Virus record (IMG/VR): IMGVR_UViG_3300037722_000105
Span: 1-45,738 of that record
Direction: 5' to 3' (one strand)
Source: a virus
Taxonomy: Duplodnaviria > Caudoviricetes
Length of the DNA: 45,738 bases
Every line of letters begins with the position of its first letter. Position 1 is the first letter of the stretch. The notes below the pieces were generated by a model that saw only the letters and a program-made list of their open reading frames with translations, made no database searches and was not told the origin of the DNA. This document shows, one piece after another, positions 36,210 through 44,567 of this stretch. Both the position numbers and the translations under genes were made by a program.

Positions 36210-36476
36210 CTAGCAGGGCTTGGAAGCTACTTTGGTGTGCTGCCAGACGAACATTCTCTTGGCTGCGAGGTAAGTGTAGTGGTAGTTGAGGGTGGGTTTG
36301 TATCCCCCTGCGCAACTGCCTACTACGCTTTTATGGTACCATCCACCACCGTCGCCCACGATGCCGTGTCCGCTAATATGCGTGTGTATACCCGCATTAG
36401 TGTGCGCTGAAGCAACTCCCATGCTACCTATACTGAGCATTACTGCTAGTGCTAGTGCTGTGATTTTGTTTCTCAT
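36210..36476 (-). CDS. Small secreted protein
   Basis: Signal peptide ending ASA; two Cys; ATG lies within the end of a late-type motif. Confidence 0.65.
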   Translation of the reverse strand: MRNKITALALAVMLSIGSMGVASAHTNAGIHTHISGHGIVGDGGGWYHKSVVGSCAGGYKPTLNYHYTYLAAKRMFVWQHTKVASKPC

Positions 36477-36501
36477 TCACTATATAGGTTAGAATGTATT
36501 A
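36474..36501 (-). promoter_or_regulatory. Phage late-promoter-like motif, copy 4 (leftward)
   Basis: Minus strand TAATACATTCTAACCTATATAGTGAATG. Confidence 0.75.
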
Positions 36502-36527
36502 ATACATTTTTGTCTAGTATGTGAAGG
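36500..36527 (+). promoter_or_regulatory. Phage late-promoter-like motif, copy 5, at the start of the late arm
   Basis: TAATACATTTTTGTCTAGTATGTGAAGG. Confidence 0.8.
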
Positions 36528-36536
36528 GGTTTTTAC

Positions 36537-36728
36537 GTGCCGAAATATGTTTTTGCGCCAACAAATCAGTCTGCACGGGAACTGTTAAACCGTATGGTGA
36601 AGGCAGGTCACCGTGACGTTCTTATCTTTGATGGTAATGTTCATATGCGTCCTTTTGAAGAAGGGGACGCCGATTGGATTGGGAGTATGGAGCGCCATTT
36701 CGAATGCGTTTTCGTCGAAATCGAATAG
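36537..36728 (+). CDS. Hypothetical protein
   Basis: GTG start after the motif and SD. Confidence 0.55.
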   Translation: MPKYVFAPTNQSARELLNRMVKAGHRDVLIFDGNVHMRPFEEGDADWIGSMERHFECVFVEIE

Positions 36729-37087
36729 TTCTTTTCAGATGTCAGGCTTGCAGGAACTCTATCTTATATGATGATGTTTATAATGTTGCTCGTATTGATG
36801 GGCATAGCACGCATGTTGCGGTTTTGTTCAGATGTTCTAGCTGTGGCAGACAGGGCCGTGCTGCGGCTACGTGGGATGAATGGCAGGATTTAGAACAAAG
36901 GTCGTTTGATTGGAACAAGGAGAAGCAACTCATCCTCGATGTTGCCTTGTTCGACTTGGAACTCGTTAATGATCTTGGCGATCTAGAACTTTTTTGGGCT
37001 GCGGAGCCTGCACCGATTGAGGGGCGGGCTGAACGTTGCGGCTGTAACCAATGTTTTGAGGAGGATTATGGTGCGGAGAATAGCTGA
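36704..37087 (+). CDS. Zn-finger protein
   Basis: CQAC..CSSC..CGCNQC; likely ATG 36704. Confidence 0.6.
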   Translation: MRFRRNRIVLFRCQACRNSILYDDVYNVARIDGHSTHVAVLFRCSSCGRQGRAAATWDEWQDLEQRSFDWNKEKQLILDVALFDLELVNDLGDLELFWAAEPAPIEGRAERCGCNQCFEEDYGAENS

Positions 37088-37472
37088 TACTGTTAGGGAA
37101 GAATATTTGGAGTGGCTGATGACGCCGCCTGCTCAACGTGAGCCTGCTACGAAAGTGGCAATGGCGGAGAAACTGGGCGTAGCGTTTAAAACCTTGTATA
37201 ATTGGGAGAAGGAACCCATGTTTCGGGAAGCTCTCCGCAATTTGAAAAGCGTGTGGGGAACCCGCTGGCATGGTGATATTCTCGGTCGGCTCATGGAAAT
37301 CGTTGAGAATGGGCCTGCCGCCCAGTCGGTTAATGCGGCTAAAGTCCTGCTCGCCCACTTAGATTTGGGCGAGGTTGAGGGCAAGGAGAAGGAGCCTGAT
37401 TCTGAAGCTTTAGAGCGTATTCGGGCTGCTTTGAAAGCGGAGGGTTATACTGTCGTGGAGAAGGATGCCTGA
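37068..37472 (+). CDS. terS: Terminase small subunit (HTH)
   Basis: GAGGAGG SD; MAEKLGVAFKTLYNWEK HTH; overlaps the large terminase gene. Confidence 0.75.
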   Translation: MVRRIADTVREEYLEWLMTPPAQREPATKVAMAEKLGVAFKTLYNWEKEPMFREALRNLKSVWGTRWHGDILGRLMEIVENGPAAQSVNAAKVLLAHLDLGEVEGKEKEPDSEALERIRAALKAEGYTVVEKDA

Positions 37473-39141
37473 ACTAGAAATCCTGTCTAACGAGCAGAAG
37501 TTGCTCATGTGCGGAGAGTCGAAAGACTTTTTCTTTTCCGAATACTATCGTATTCCTGTCGTGGGTAAGGGGTCCACTCCGTTCGTTCAACGTGACTATC
37601 AGAGGTTTGTCTCTCAGAAAATTGAGACTGAGAAGCTTATTATCGGTTTGAAGGCTAGGCAGATTGGTTGGACGACGATCGGTGTGGGTAATGCTGTGCA
37701 TGATGCCCTGTTTTCGAAGGAGCATCCTTGGTTGTTCGTATCTCGTACTGAGGATGCGGCGCAGAAAATGTTGGATAAAGCCTGGTATGCGTATGCGAAG
37801 CTGCCTGCGTGGATGCGGCAAATGCTGCCCCGCTTGGAGTCGAAGACACAGTCGGCTATGATTTTCGCTAACGGGTCTCGCATTGAGAGTGTCCCTGCGA
37901 CTGGGTCTACTGGCCGTGGAGATTCAGTGTATGGCGCACTGTTGGATGAGTGTGCGTTCATGGATTATGCGGAGGAGATTTGGGGTGCGGTTGAACCGCT
38001 CGTGTATGGTACTGCCATGCTTTTCTCTACTGCTAATGGTATGGGGAACTTTTTCCATGAGGTCTGGTTGGACGCTCAACGTGAAGATTCGGTATGGGAG
38101 GATATTTTCTTCCCGTGGGATGTTGTCCCGTCTCGGGATCAGGCATGGTATGATCATACTAAAATGTCGTTTCGTGGTCGGGAATGGTTGTTCTACCAGG
38201 AGTATCCTTCTACTCCTGAGGAGGCGTTCGCTAAGTCGGGTCGTGTAGCGTTCGCCGCTGAACATGTGAATGCGGCGTACGAGCAGATTGAACCGTCTAG
38301 GAAGCTGCAGTGGGTGATTGGCTCTGACCCTGTTGAAATCGACCTTGTGCAGCCTGCGGACATTGAAGTGTTTATTTGGAAGGAGCCTGAAGTTAAAAGG
38401 GATGTTCATAAGCGGCCGCTTTTCCAGCCGAACTATGTGGTGGCTGCTGATGTGGCGGAGGGTTTGGATCATGGTGACTGGTCGTATGTGACAGTGTTTG
38501 ATGCTAATACGGGGGAGCAGTGCATGTCGTGTAAGTCGGCTATTCCTGTCTCATATTTGGATGAGCTTATAGCGTGGGCGGGATACGAATATATGACGGC
38601 GCTTGTTATTCCTGAACGTAACAATGCGGGTATTTTGCCTATTGACCGCTTGTATAGGGATCACTGGTATCCTCGCATGTACCGTATGGACACGTTCGGT
38701 GAGTTTAGGGAGAGTGACCGTACTCCTCGGTATGGGTGGCGTACTGATAAGGCGACGAAACCTAAAATGGTTAACGATTTTATTTACGCTCTTACTGAGG
38801 GTAGGGTTATTTTGCATGATCCTGATTTTATTATCGAATCGCAGACGTTTGTGGCGGATGGTAAAGGATCATATTCGGCTACAGCTAATAATCATGATGA
38901 TGTGATTATGGGTACGCTTATCGCCTGGCAGGGCGTATTGGATTCGCCTGCTTATCCTATTGTCTGGCGGGATGAAATGTTGCTGCCGCCTACACACGAT
39001 GAAATCGATGCTCTTATTTTCGCTGATGACAATGATTATGCGGTTGACATTTTGGACAGACCGCTCGGGCAGGTCCGTGAAGATAAACGTAAGAAGACTT
39101 TTCTTTTAACTGCTGAGAATTTCCGTCATGGCGGATTGTAA
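37465..39141 (+). CDS. terL: Terminase large subunit
   Basis: KARQIGWT, LLDECAF, STANG, VAADVAEG..DWS, HDD. Confidence 0.95.
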   Translation: MPELEILSNEQKLLMCGESKDFFFSEYYRIPVVGKGSTPFVQRDYQRFVSQKIETEKLIIGLKARQIGWTTIGVGNAVHDALFSKEHPWLFVSRTEDAAQKMLDKAWYAYAKLPAWMRQMLPRLESKTQSAMIFANGSRIESVPATGSTGRGDSVYGALLDECAFMDYAEEIWGAVEPLVYGTAMLFSTANGMGNFFHEVWLDAQREDSVWEDIFFPWDVVPSRDQAWYDHTKMSFRGREWLFYQEYPSTPEEAFAKSGRVAFAAEHVNAAYEQIEPSRKLQWVIGSDPVEIDLVQPADIEVFIWKEPEVKRDVHKRPLFQPNYVVAADVAEGLDHGDWSYVTVFDANTGEQCMSCKSAIPVSYLDELIAWAGYEYMTALVIPERNNAGILPIDRLYRDHWYPRMYRMDTFGEFRESDRTPRYGWRTDKATKPKMVNDFIYALTEGRVILHDPDFIIESQTFVADGKGSYSATANNHDDVIMGTLIAWQGVLDSPAYPIVWRDEMLLPPTHDEIDALIFADDNDYAVDILDRPLGQVREDKRKKTFLLTAENFRHGGL

Positions 39142-39167
39142 TACAATATAAACTATATTAGTGAAGG
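39139..39167 (+). promoter_or_regulatory. Phage late-promoter-like motif, copy 6
   Basis: TAATACAATATAAACTATATTAGTGAAGG overlapping the terL stop. Confidence 0.75.
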
Positions 39168-39175
39168 AGATTTAT

Positions 39176-39499
39176 ATGCCTCAAAATCCTAATGTGAAGG
39201 TTGGTAGGAAGGGCGACAAGTTTGACCAGCATCCTAGTGTTGGCAATAAGCCGTCTGGTAGTAAGTTCGATCAGAACCCTAATGTGAAACAGATGAGTTC
39301 TGGTTCGCATCTTGACCAGCATCCTAATGTGAAAGCTGGGAATATGACTGGTGATCATCTTACGCCTAGCGTTAAGGCTGGTACTAGTGTTCCTAAGAAC
39401 CCGCAGCGTGGTGGGGATAATCGTGTTGGTTATGTTAAGCAGAAGCCTGCTACGAACATGAAAGCTGGCCCCAAGCATACTGCTGATAGGATAGTTTAA
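39176..39499 (+). CDS. Basic protein with four 15-aa tandem repeats
   Basis: QNPNVKVGRKGDKFD / QHPSVGNKPSGSKFD / QNPNVKQMSSGSHLD / QHPNVKAGNMTGDHL; AAGGAG SD. Confidence 0.75.
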   Translation: MPQNPNVKVGRKGDKFDQHPSVGNKPSGSKFDQNPNVKQMSSGSHLDQHPNVKAGNMTGDHLTPSVKAGTSVPKNPQRGGDNRVGYVKQKPATNMKAGPKHTADRIV

Positions 39500-39783
39500 T
39501 GGTCATTCACCAGCGGACGCATCCTGGTTTGGATGTGTCTGGCTGTTTTGGATGTAAGATTGCGACTGTGAACCTGCCTACTGCGGCGCTCGCTATGGAG
39601 CGGGATGGCCGTAGTGTAACTGGCGGGGATACTACTCGTGAATATGTGAGACGCATGTTTGAGAAGCGCCGTGCGGACGGCCTTCCTGATCCTGTGCCTG
39701 AGACTGCTGCTGCAGCGAAGTTCGCCCCTGCAGCAGGGGTTGCTCGTGATAAGAAATATAAGGAAGCTAATAACGGATTATAA
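39499..39783 (+). CDS. Hypothetical protein (H..H..CFGCK)
   Basis: TAATG coupling on both sides. Confidence 0.65.
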   Translation: MVIHQRTHPGLDVSGCFGCKIATVNLPTAALAMERDGRSVTGGDTTREYVRRMFEKRRADGLPDPVPETAAAAKFAPAAGVARDKKYKEANNGL

Positions 39784-41654
39784 TGCCTGAAACTATCGGC
39801 TATAATAGGAATCAGAAGCTTGGTAAAAAGCTGTCTAAAGCCATGCTCGAAAAATTGTCGAAGGCGAACGATAATCTTATGCGTGGGCAACGTTACCGTC
39901 AGCAGCAGCGTGAATCCCAGTGGGATGATTCGTATTCGCAGTACATGGGGGAGAACGAATGGCGTTATTCTAGTGATGATAAGACTGCTGACCTTGTAAA
40001 TATTAACATTTCTTTTTCAACCATTAACACTCTGGTCCCTTTTGTCGCTGACGAGAACCCTAAGTTTCTGATCACTCCTGAATCGGGTGATGCTAACCCT
40101 GAGAACGCTGCACTCTTGCAAGCGTTTTTGAACCGCATGTGGCGGTCTAAAGATTTTGAAGGGCAAGTGTACGTTTCGGAAGCCACCTTCGACTATCTTC
40201 TCTATGGGGATGGATATTTGAAAGCTGGTTATGAAATCGTGGACAGGCCCACATATGATGTTGAGGGCGATCCGATTGGGGAGGGTCGTGTTGAAGCGGC
40301 CCGTTTCTTCGTGGAACGTGTCTCCCCGTGGGACGTGTGGATTGACCCGTATTCGGAAGGCTTGCATAACGCTCGTTGGGTGTGCCAGCGTATCACTCTG
40401 CCTGCTAAAGAACTGCAAAAGGATAAGCGTTACGTGTTCACTAAGGATATTGAGGGTTCTGAGATTGACGATGAGAATTCGTCTAGTGAGGACCGTCAAC
40501 GTTTGCAGGAGACTGAGGGCTATGTGACGATCTACGAGTATTATGATCTGGTCGAGAACTTTATGCTCACGTTCCTGTCAGGCGGGTCGAGAGCTATCCG
40601 CTATATTGAACATATTGTATGCCCGCTAGTCCAACTGCACAACTATAGGATTCCTAACTCTCCCTACCATATGGGAGAGTTGGAGCAAGTTTCGTCTTTG
40701 CAGAACGAGTTGAATAAGACTCGTTCGCAGATGATGACACATAGGCGGCGTAACGTGCAGAAGTGGATGGTACGTACGCATGCTGTGGACGAGGAAGGTT
40801 TGGAGGCTATGCGGTCTTCGAAGGTGAATGATATTATCCCTGTTAAGGGTACTGACCCGTTTGACTCTCTTATCGCTCCTGTTGCTACTCAACCTTTGTC
40901 TGCTGACTCTTATAATATTGAAGCTCAGATTCGGGCTGACATGAATGAGATTACTGGTGTTAACGAGTATCTGCGTGGTATGCCTCAGGGCATTTCTCGT
41001 ACTGCTACTGAGGCTACTATTCTTGAGGGGGCTACGAATATCCGTACTCGGCATAAGCTCCTGCAGATTGAAACGGCTGCCCGCCAGTTGGGTCAGCTTG
41101 AATTGGATATTGTGCAGGATGTGCTGCCTACTACTGATTTTGAGGAGCTTAGTATTTATGTGACTGGCCGTGAAGCTGAACGGCTAGGTCGCATGCAGGG
41201 TGAGGAGGGTGTTCAGGGTGGTGTGCTTACGCCTGTCCCTGAACTGTTTGAGGGACGGTATGCGGTTGATGTGGAGCGTGGTTCTACTGAGCTGCGTAAC
41301 CCTCAGATCAAATCTCAGAAGTTGCGGGAGATGGTTGCTCTTGTTGGTGGTATGATGCCGCTCATGATGCAACTGCAGATTCCGTTCGACTTCCAGGAAC
41401 TTTTAGAATTGTGGCTTGAGGCTGAAGGGATTGAGGATGTTGACTCTCTGTTCATTATTGGTGAAGGACAGGAGACAGCACAAATTCTCGCTTTGGCTCA
41501 GCAAGCTCAGGCTGCTGCTGGTGGTGCTGCAGGTCAGGCTGCGCCTGGCGGTGGCGGGGGCACGCCTGCTGGCGCTCCCCGTGACCAGTCTACCGCTCCG
41601 CCGCAAGATATGATTAATGAGGGCAATAGTGGTATGCTTGCCCCGTCTTACTAA
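39783..41654 (+). CDS. Portal protein (P22-like)
   Basis: 623 aa after the terminase; RVSPWDVWIDP, LQNELNK, EITGVNE..G..RTATE; Gln/Ala/Pro-rich tail. Confidence 0.88.
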   Translation: MPETIGYNRNQKLGKKLSKAMLEKLSKANDNLMRGQRYRQQQRESQWDDSYSQYMGENEWRYSSDDKTADLVNINISFSTINTLVPFVADENPKFLITPESGDANPENAALLQAFLNRMWRSKDFEGQVYVSEATFDYLLYGDGYLKAGYEIVDRPTYDVEGDPIGEGRVEAARFFVERVSPWDVWIDPYSEGLHNARWVCQRITLPAKELQKDKRYVFTKDIEGSEIDDENSSSEDRQRLQETEGYVTIYEYYDLVENFMLTFLSGGSRAIRYIEHIVCPLVQLHNYRIPNSPYHMGELEQVSSLQNELNKTRSQMMTHRRRNVQKWMVRTHAVDEEGLEAMRSSKVNDIIPVKGTDPFDSLIAPVATQPLSADSYNIEAQIRADMNEITGVNEYLRGMPQGISRTATEATILEGATNIRTRHKLLQIETAARQLGQLELDIVQDVLPTTDFEELSIYVTGREAERLGRMQGEEGVQGGVLTPVPELFEGRYAVDVERGSTELRNPQIKSQKLREMVALVGGMMPLMMQLQIPFDFQELLELWLEAEGIEDVDSLFIIGEGQETAQILALAQQAQAAAGGAAGQAAPGGGGGTPAGAPRDQSTAPPQDMINEGNSGMLAPSY

Positions 41655-41680
41655 TACAATAATACCTATATTAATGAAGG
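41652..41680 (+). promoter_or_regulatory. Phage late-promoter-like motif, copy 7
   Basis: TAATACAATAATACCTATATTAATGAAGG overlapping the portal stop. Confidence 0.75.
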
Positions 41681-41696
41681 AAGTGTTTTAACTAAC

Positions 41697-42593
41697 ATGA
41701 CAGATAATGCTGGGGGACTCTCTTTCCAAGAGGCCATCCAAGAAGCGTTAGCGGAGGAGACTGCGGAAGAAGTTGACTCTGAGGCTCTGATTTCCGAGGA
41801 ACCGTCTAATGTTTCAGATGCTCTTGAAATAGAACAACCTACCATCGAGAACCTCGACGAGGTCGGCCTTTTTGACGACCTTGTAGTTGATGAAAGCAAT
41901 ACGGATGACAACCAACCAAGTTTTGACGAGGAGTTGTTAACCATCGAAATCGAAGGTCGTCCTTGGACGATCGAAGAGATTAGAGCGGGCGTGCTCATGA
42001 AGGCTGATTATACCCGTAAGACGCAGGCTCTTGCACAGCAGCGTGAAGAAAACGAAAAGGCTATAACTCTTTGGGAAGCTTTGCACGGCGCTGACGCTGT
42101 GAGGGTTGTCGAGAACTTGTACCGCACTGTTGCGGGGCAGGGTCGGGCACCCACACCGCTACAAACGGCACCTCAGGTTCAACCTGCGGTAACGGATGTT
42201 GAAGCGTTGGTCGAAGCTAAGATTCAGGAGCGTCTCGCTTCTGATCCCAGGTTGCAGGCTCTTGAACAACAGGAGGCGATGTCTAGGCTGGAAGTTGTTT
42301 TCTCTCAAATTGAGGAGAATAACAATGTTACTCTTACTAAGGGTGACAAACAGCAAATCCTGGAAGAAGCTCAGGCTTCAGGGACTAGCAATCTCCAACT
42401 CGTGTTTGATGGGCTGATGCGTAGGGCGGAGAAGCGTAAGGCTGAACGTGCGAACGTTCAGAAGAATGCTACGACCGCTCAACGTCGTGGCGACGATGAA
42501 GAGTTGCCGCCTCAACAGTTCGGTTCCTTCCGTGAAGCTTTGGATGAGTCTTTGCGTGAGGAGGGAATACTGGACACAGTGTTCAACTTCTAA
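41697..42593 (+). CDS. Capsid scaffolding protein
   Basis: Acidic N-terminus, ADYTRKTQALA motif, between portal and capsid genes. Confidence 0.85.
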   Translation: MTDNAGGLSFQEAIQEALAEETAEEVDSEALISEEPSNVSDALEIEQPTIENLDEVGLFDDLVVDESNTDDNQPSFDEELLTIEIEGRPWTIEEIRAGVLMKADYTRKTQALAQQREENEKAITLWEALHGADAVRVVENLYRTVAGQGRAPTPLQTAPQVQPAVTDVEALVEAKIQERLASDPRLQALEQQEAMSRLEVVFSQIEENNNVTLTKGDKQQILEEAQASGTSNLQLVFDGLMRRAEKRKAERANVQKNATTAQRRGDDEELPPQQFGSFREALDESLREEGILDTVFNF

Positions 42594-42623
42594 AAATAAA
42601 CTCAACAAGAAAGGAGTTACAAA

Positions 42624-43571
42624 ATGGCAGGTAATCCAAACTTTGATCGGCTTACTTCATCTACGATGGAGAAGTATATCAAGACGTTTGAAGATCAAAT
42701 CTTTACGTCTAAGCCGCTGCTTTACATTGTAACGAACTTTGGTAATGTTGAAACTCTCGATGGTGGGACTCAGATCAACCAGCCGCTCATGTATGCGGAA
42801 CTGGGGAACCAGGGTTCATACTCTGGTGCGGATACGTTCCTCACCAACGATGATGAAGGCCTCACTGCGGCCGTCTATCAATGGAAGAACTACTATGCTG
42901 CAATCAAGCTGAATAACGACGAGTTGGCTAAAAACTCGGGCGCTACGGCTGTGCTGCGCATAGTTGAAAACGAGGTGAAGCGGGCCGAACTTTCTATTTC
43001 GGAGTCGCTTGACGAGCTTTTCTTCCTTGACGGTTCGGGTAACGGTGGTAAGGACTTCTCTGGCCTAGACGCCATAGTTTCGGCAACCAGTACGTACGGT
43101 GGTATTGCTGTAGCGGGTAACGATTGGTGGACGTCTACTATTGACACGACCGACTATGCTATTAACACTAGCGGTTTTGCTAATATTAGGACTAACTATC
43201 TTACAGCGTCAGAGGGTAACGATTTCCCGACTAACATTTTGACAACCCAGGAGAACTATGCAGCGCTTGATGCAACGTTCACTTCTAACCAGAGGTTCAT
43301 GGACCCGCAGTTGGCTAACCAGGGTTTCGTCACGATCATGTTCGAGAATGCGCCTATCATGTTTGACCGTAATTGTCAGGATGGTAGGATTTACTTCCTT
43401 AACATGAAGTATATTACCCTGTATAAGTTGGGTTCCGATTGGTTCCGTATGAGCGAATGGCTTGAGCCTATTAACCAGGATGTTCGTGTAAAGAAGATTA
43501 TTCTTCGGGGCGAACTGACTTGTTCTAATAGGAAACGTCAGGCTCTTATGACGGATGCCAATCCGACCTAA
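42624..43571 (+). CDS. Major capsid protein
   Basis: AAGGAG SD; DQIF.SKPLL, GG..I..PL.Y, F.DG.G..GK...GL, GEL.CSNR..Q; followed by a hairpin. Confidence 0.88.
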   Translation: MAGNPNFDRLTSSTMEKYIKTFEDQIFTSKPLLYIVTNFGNVETLDGGTQINQPLMYAELGNQGSYSGADTFLTNDDEGLTAAVYQWKNYYAAIKLNNDELAKNSGATAVLRIVENEVKRAELSISESLDELFFLDGSGNGGKDFSGLDAIVSATSTYGGIAVAGNDWWTSTIDTTDYAINTSGFANIRTNYLTASEGNDFPTNILTTQENYAALDATFTSNQRFMDPQLANQGFVTIMFENAPIMFDRNCQDGRIYFLNMKYITLYKLGSDWFRMSEWLEPINQDVRVKKIILRGELTCSNRKRQALMTDANPT

Positions 43572-43585
43572 TAGTACCCTAGCAT

Positions 43586-43606
43586 GGGGGGTCTTAATGG
43601 CCCCCC
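43586..43606 (+). terminator. Hairpin after the major capsid gene (partial terminator or stabiliser)
   Basis: ggggggtc-ttaat-ggcccccc, short U-tail. Confidence 0.6.
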
Positions 43607-43621
43607 TTGCGGGAAGGAAAC

Positions 43622-43921
43622 ATGGAAGATCGTAACGCATTTACGGATAACAGGAAAGGTCAGGGTGTGCCCGACAATCAGGCTCGCACCCCTAAAGTGT
43701 ATGGTGTTCCTAAGGACGGGTTCGGCGGGCTAGTGCCCGCTCAGGCTCGTATGAGGGGTTCCACTATGGACGAGATGGGTTATCTTGTGAAGAATTACCC
43801 TCAGCCTGAAACTGGGGGAAGAAAATGTAAAGGAAAGGACGGGACATGTAAGGCTCATCCTATGAAGGATGGGGACTACTGTTACGGGCATAGTCGTGGA
43901 CAGGGACGCAATACTAGCTAA
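43622..43921 (+). CDS. Hypothetical protein with a C..C..CYGH zinc motif
   Basis: GGAAGG SD before ATG 43622. Confidence 0.6.
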   Translation: MEDRNAFTDNRKGQGVPDNQARTPKVYGVPKDGFGGLVPAQARMRGSTMDEMGYLVKNYPQPETGGRKCKGKDGTCKAHPMKDGDYCYGHSRGQGRNTS

Positions 43922-44567
43922 TGTAAGGCTTGTCACGGTCGTTGAAGATACGAACGTGACTGACGCTCAGATCGTCGTGCTTATCGGGCAAGGCTTGCAG
44001 GAGGTTAGTCTCGCATATGAGTGGCCTTGGCTGCAGAAGACTGCTTCTTTGAGCTTGGCTGATTCGACTCGTACTATTGCTCTTCCTGCTGACTTCCAGT
44101 ATGGTTCAACGCTGATTGATGTTGACCATGATCGTCGTCTGCCTTATTATGCTCCCGCTACTTTTTGGGAGTTGACGGGAGATGGAGGGGACCGTGAGTC
44201 CACCACTCCACAATTTTTTACTACATGGGCTGGGAACATTGTTCTGCATCCTATCCCTGTAGATAATGATACTAACAGGTTGAGTATACATTATTATAGG
44301 ACGGTCACAGCTTTGTCTGCTGGTGACGATGTTCCTGAATTTCATACTGCGTTCCACTGGATGCTTGTAGAATACTGCAAGTGGAAGCTGTATGAACGTG
44401 AAGAGTATTATGATCAGTCGGAACGTGCATTCATAACTTATTCCCGTTATCTGGCTGACATGATCGACTTTTATTCTAGTCGGTTCAAGTTGGAGCCGAC
44501 AGCTTGGGGAGAGGGTCGGTTCGGAGCTAACGGCGACCCGAACATTCCGAGCCTGTTTGAAATCTAA
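43869..44567 (+). CDS. Head-tail adaptor / tail tubular protein A-like
   Basis: WPWL, LPADF, LHPIP, YYR..P..FH.MLV; position after the capsid gene. Confidence 0.8.
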   Translation: MGTTVTGIVVDRDAILANVRLVTVVEDTNVTDAQIVVLIGQGLQEVSLAYEWPWLQKTASLSLADSTRTIALPADFQYGSTLIDVDHDRRLPYYAPATFWELTGDGGDRESTTPQFFTTWAGNIVLHPIPVDNDTNRLSIHYYRTVTALSAGDDVPEFHTAFHWMLVEYCKWKLYEREEYYDQSERAFITYSRYLADMIDFYSSRFKLEPTAWGEGRFGANGDPNIPSLFEI

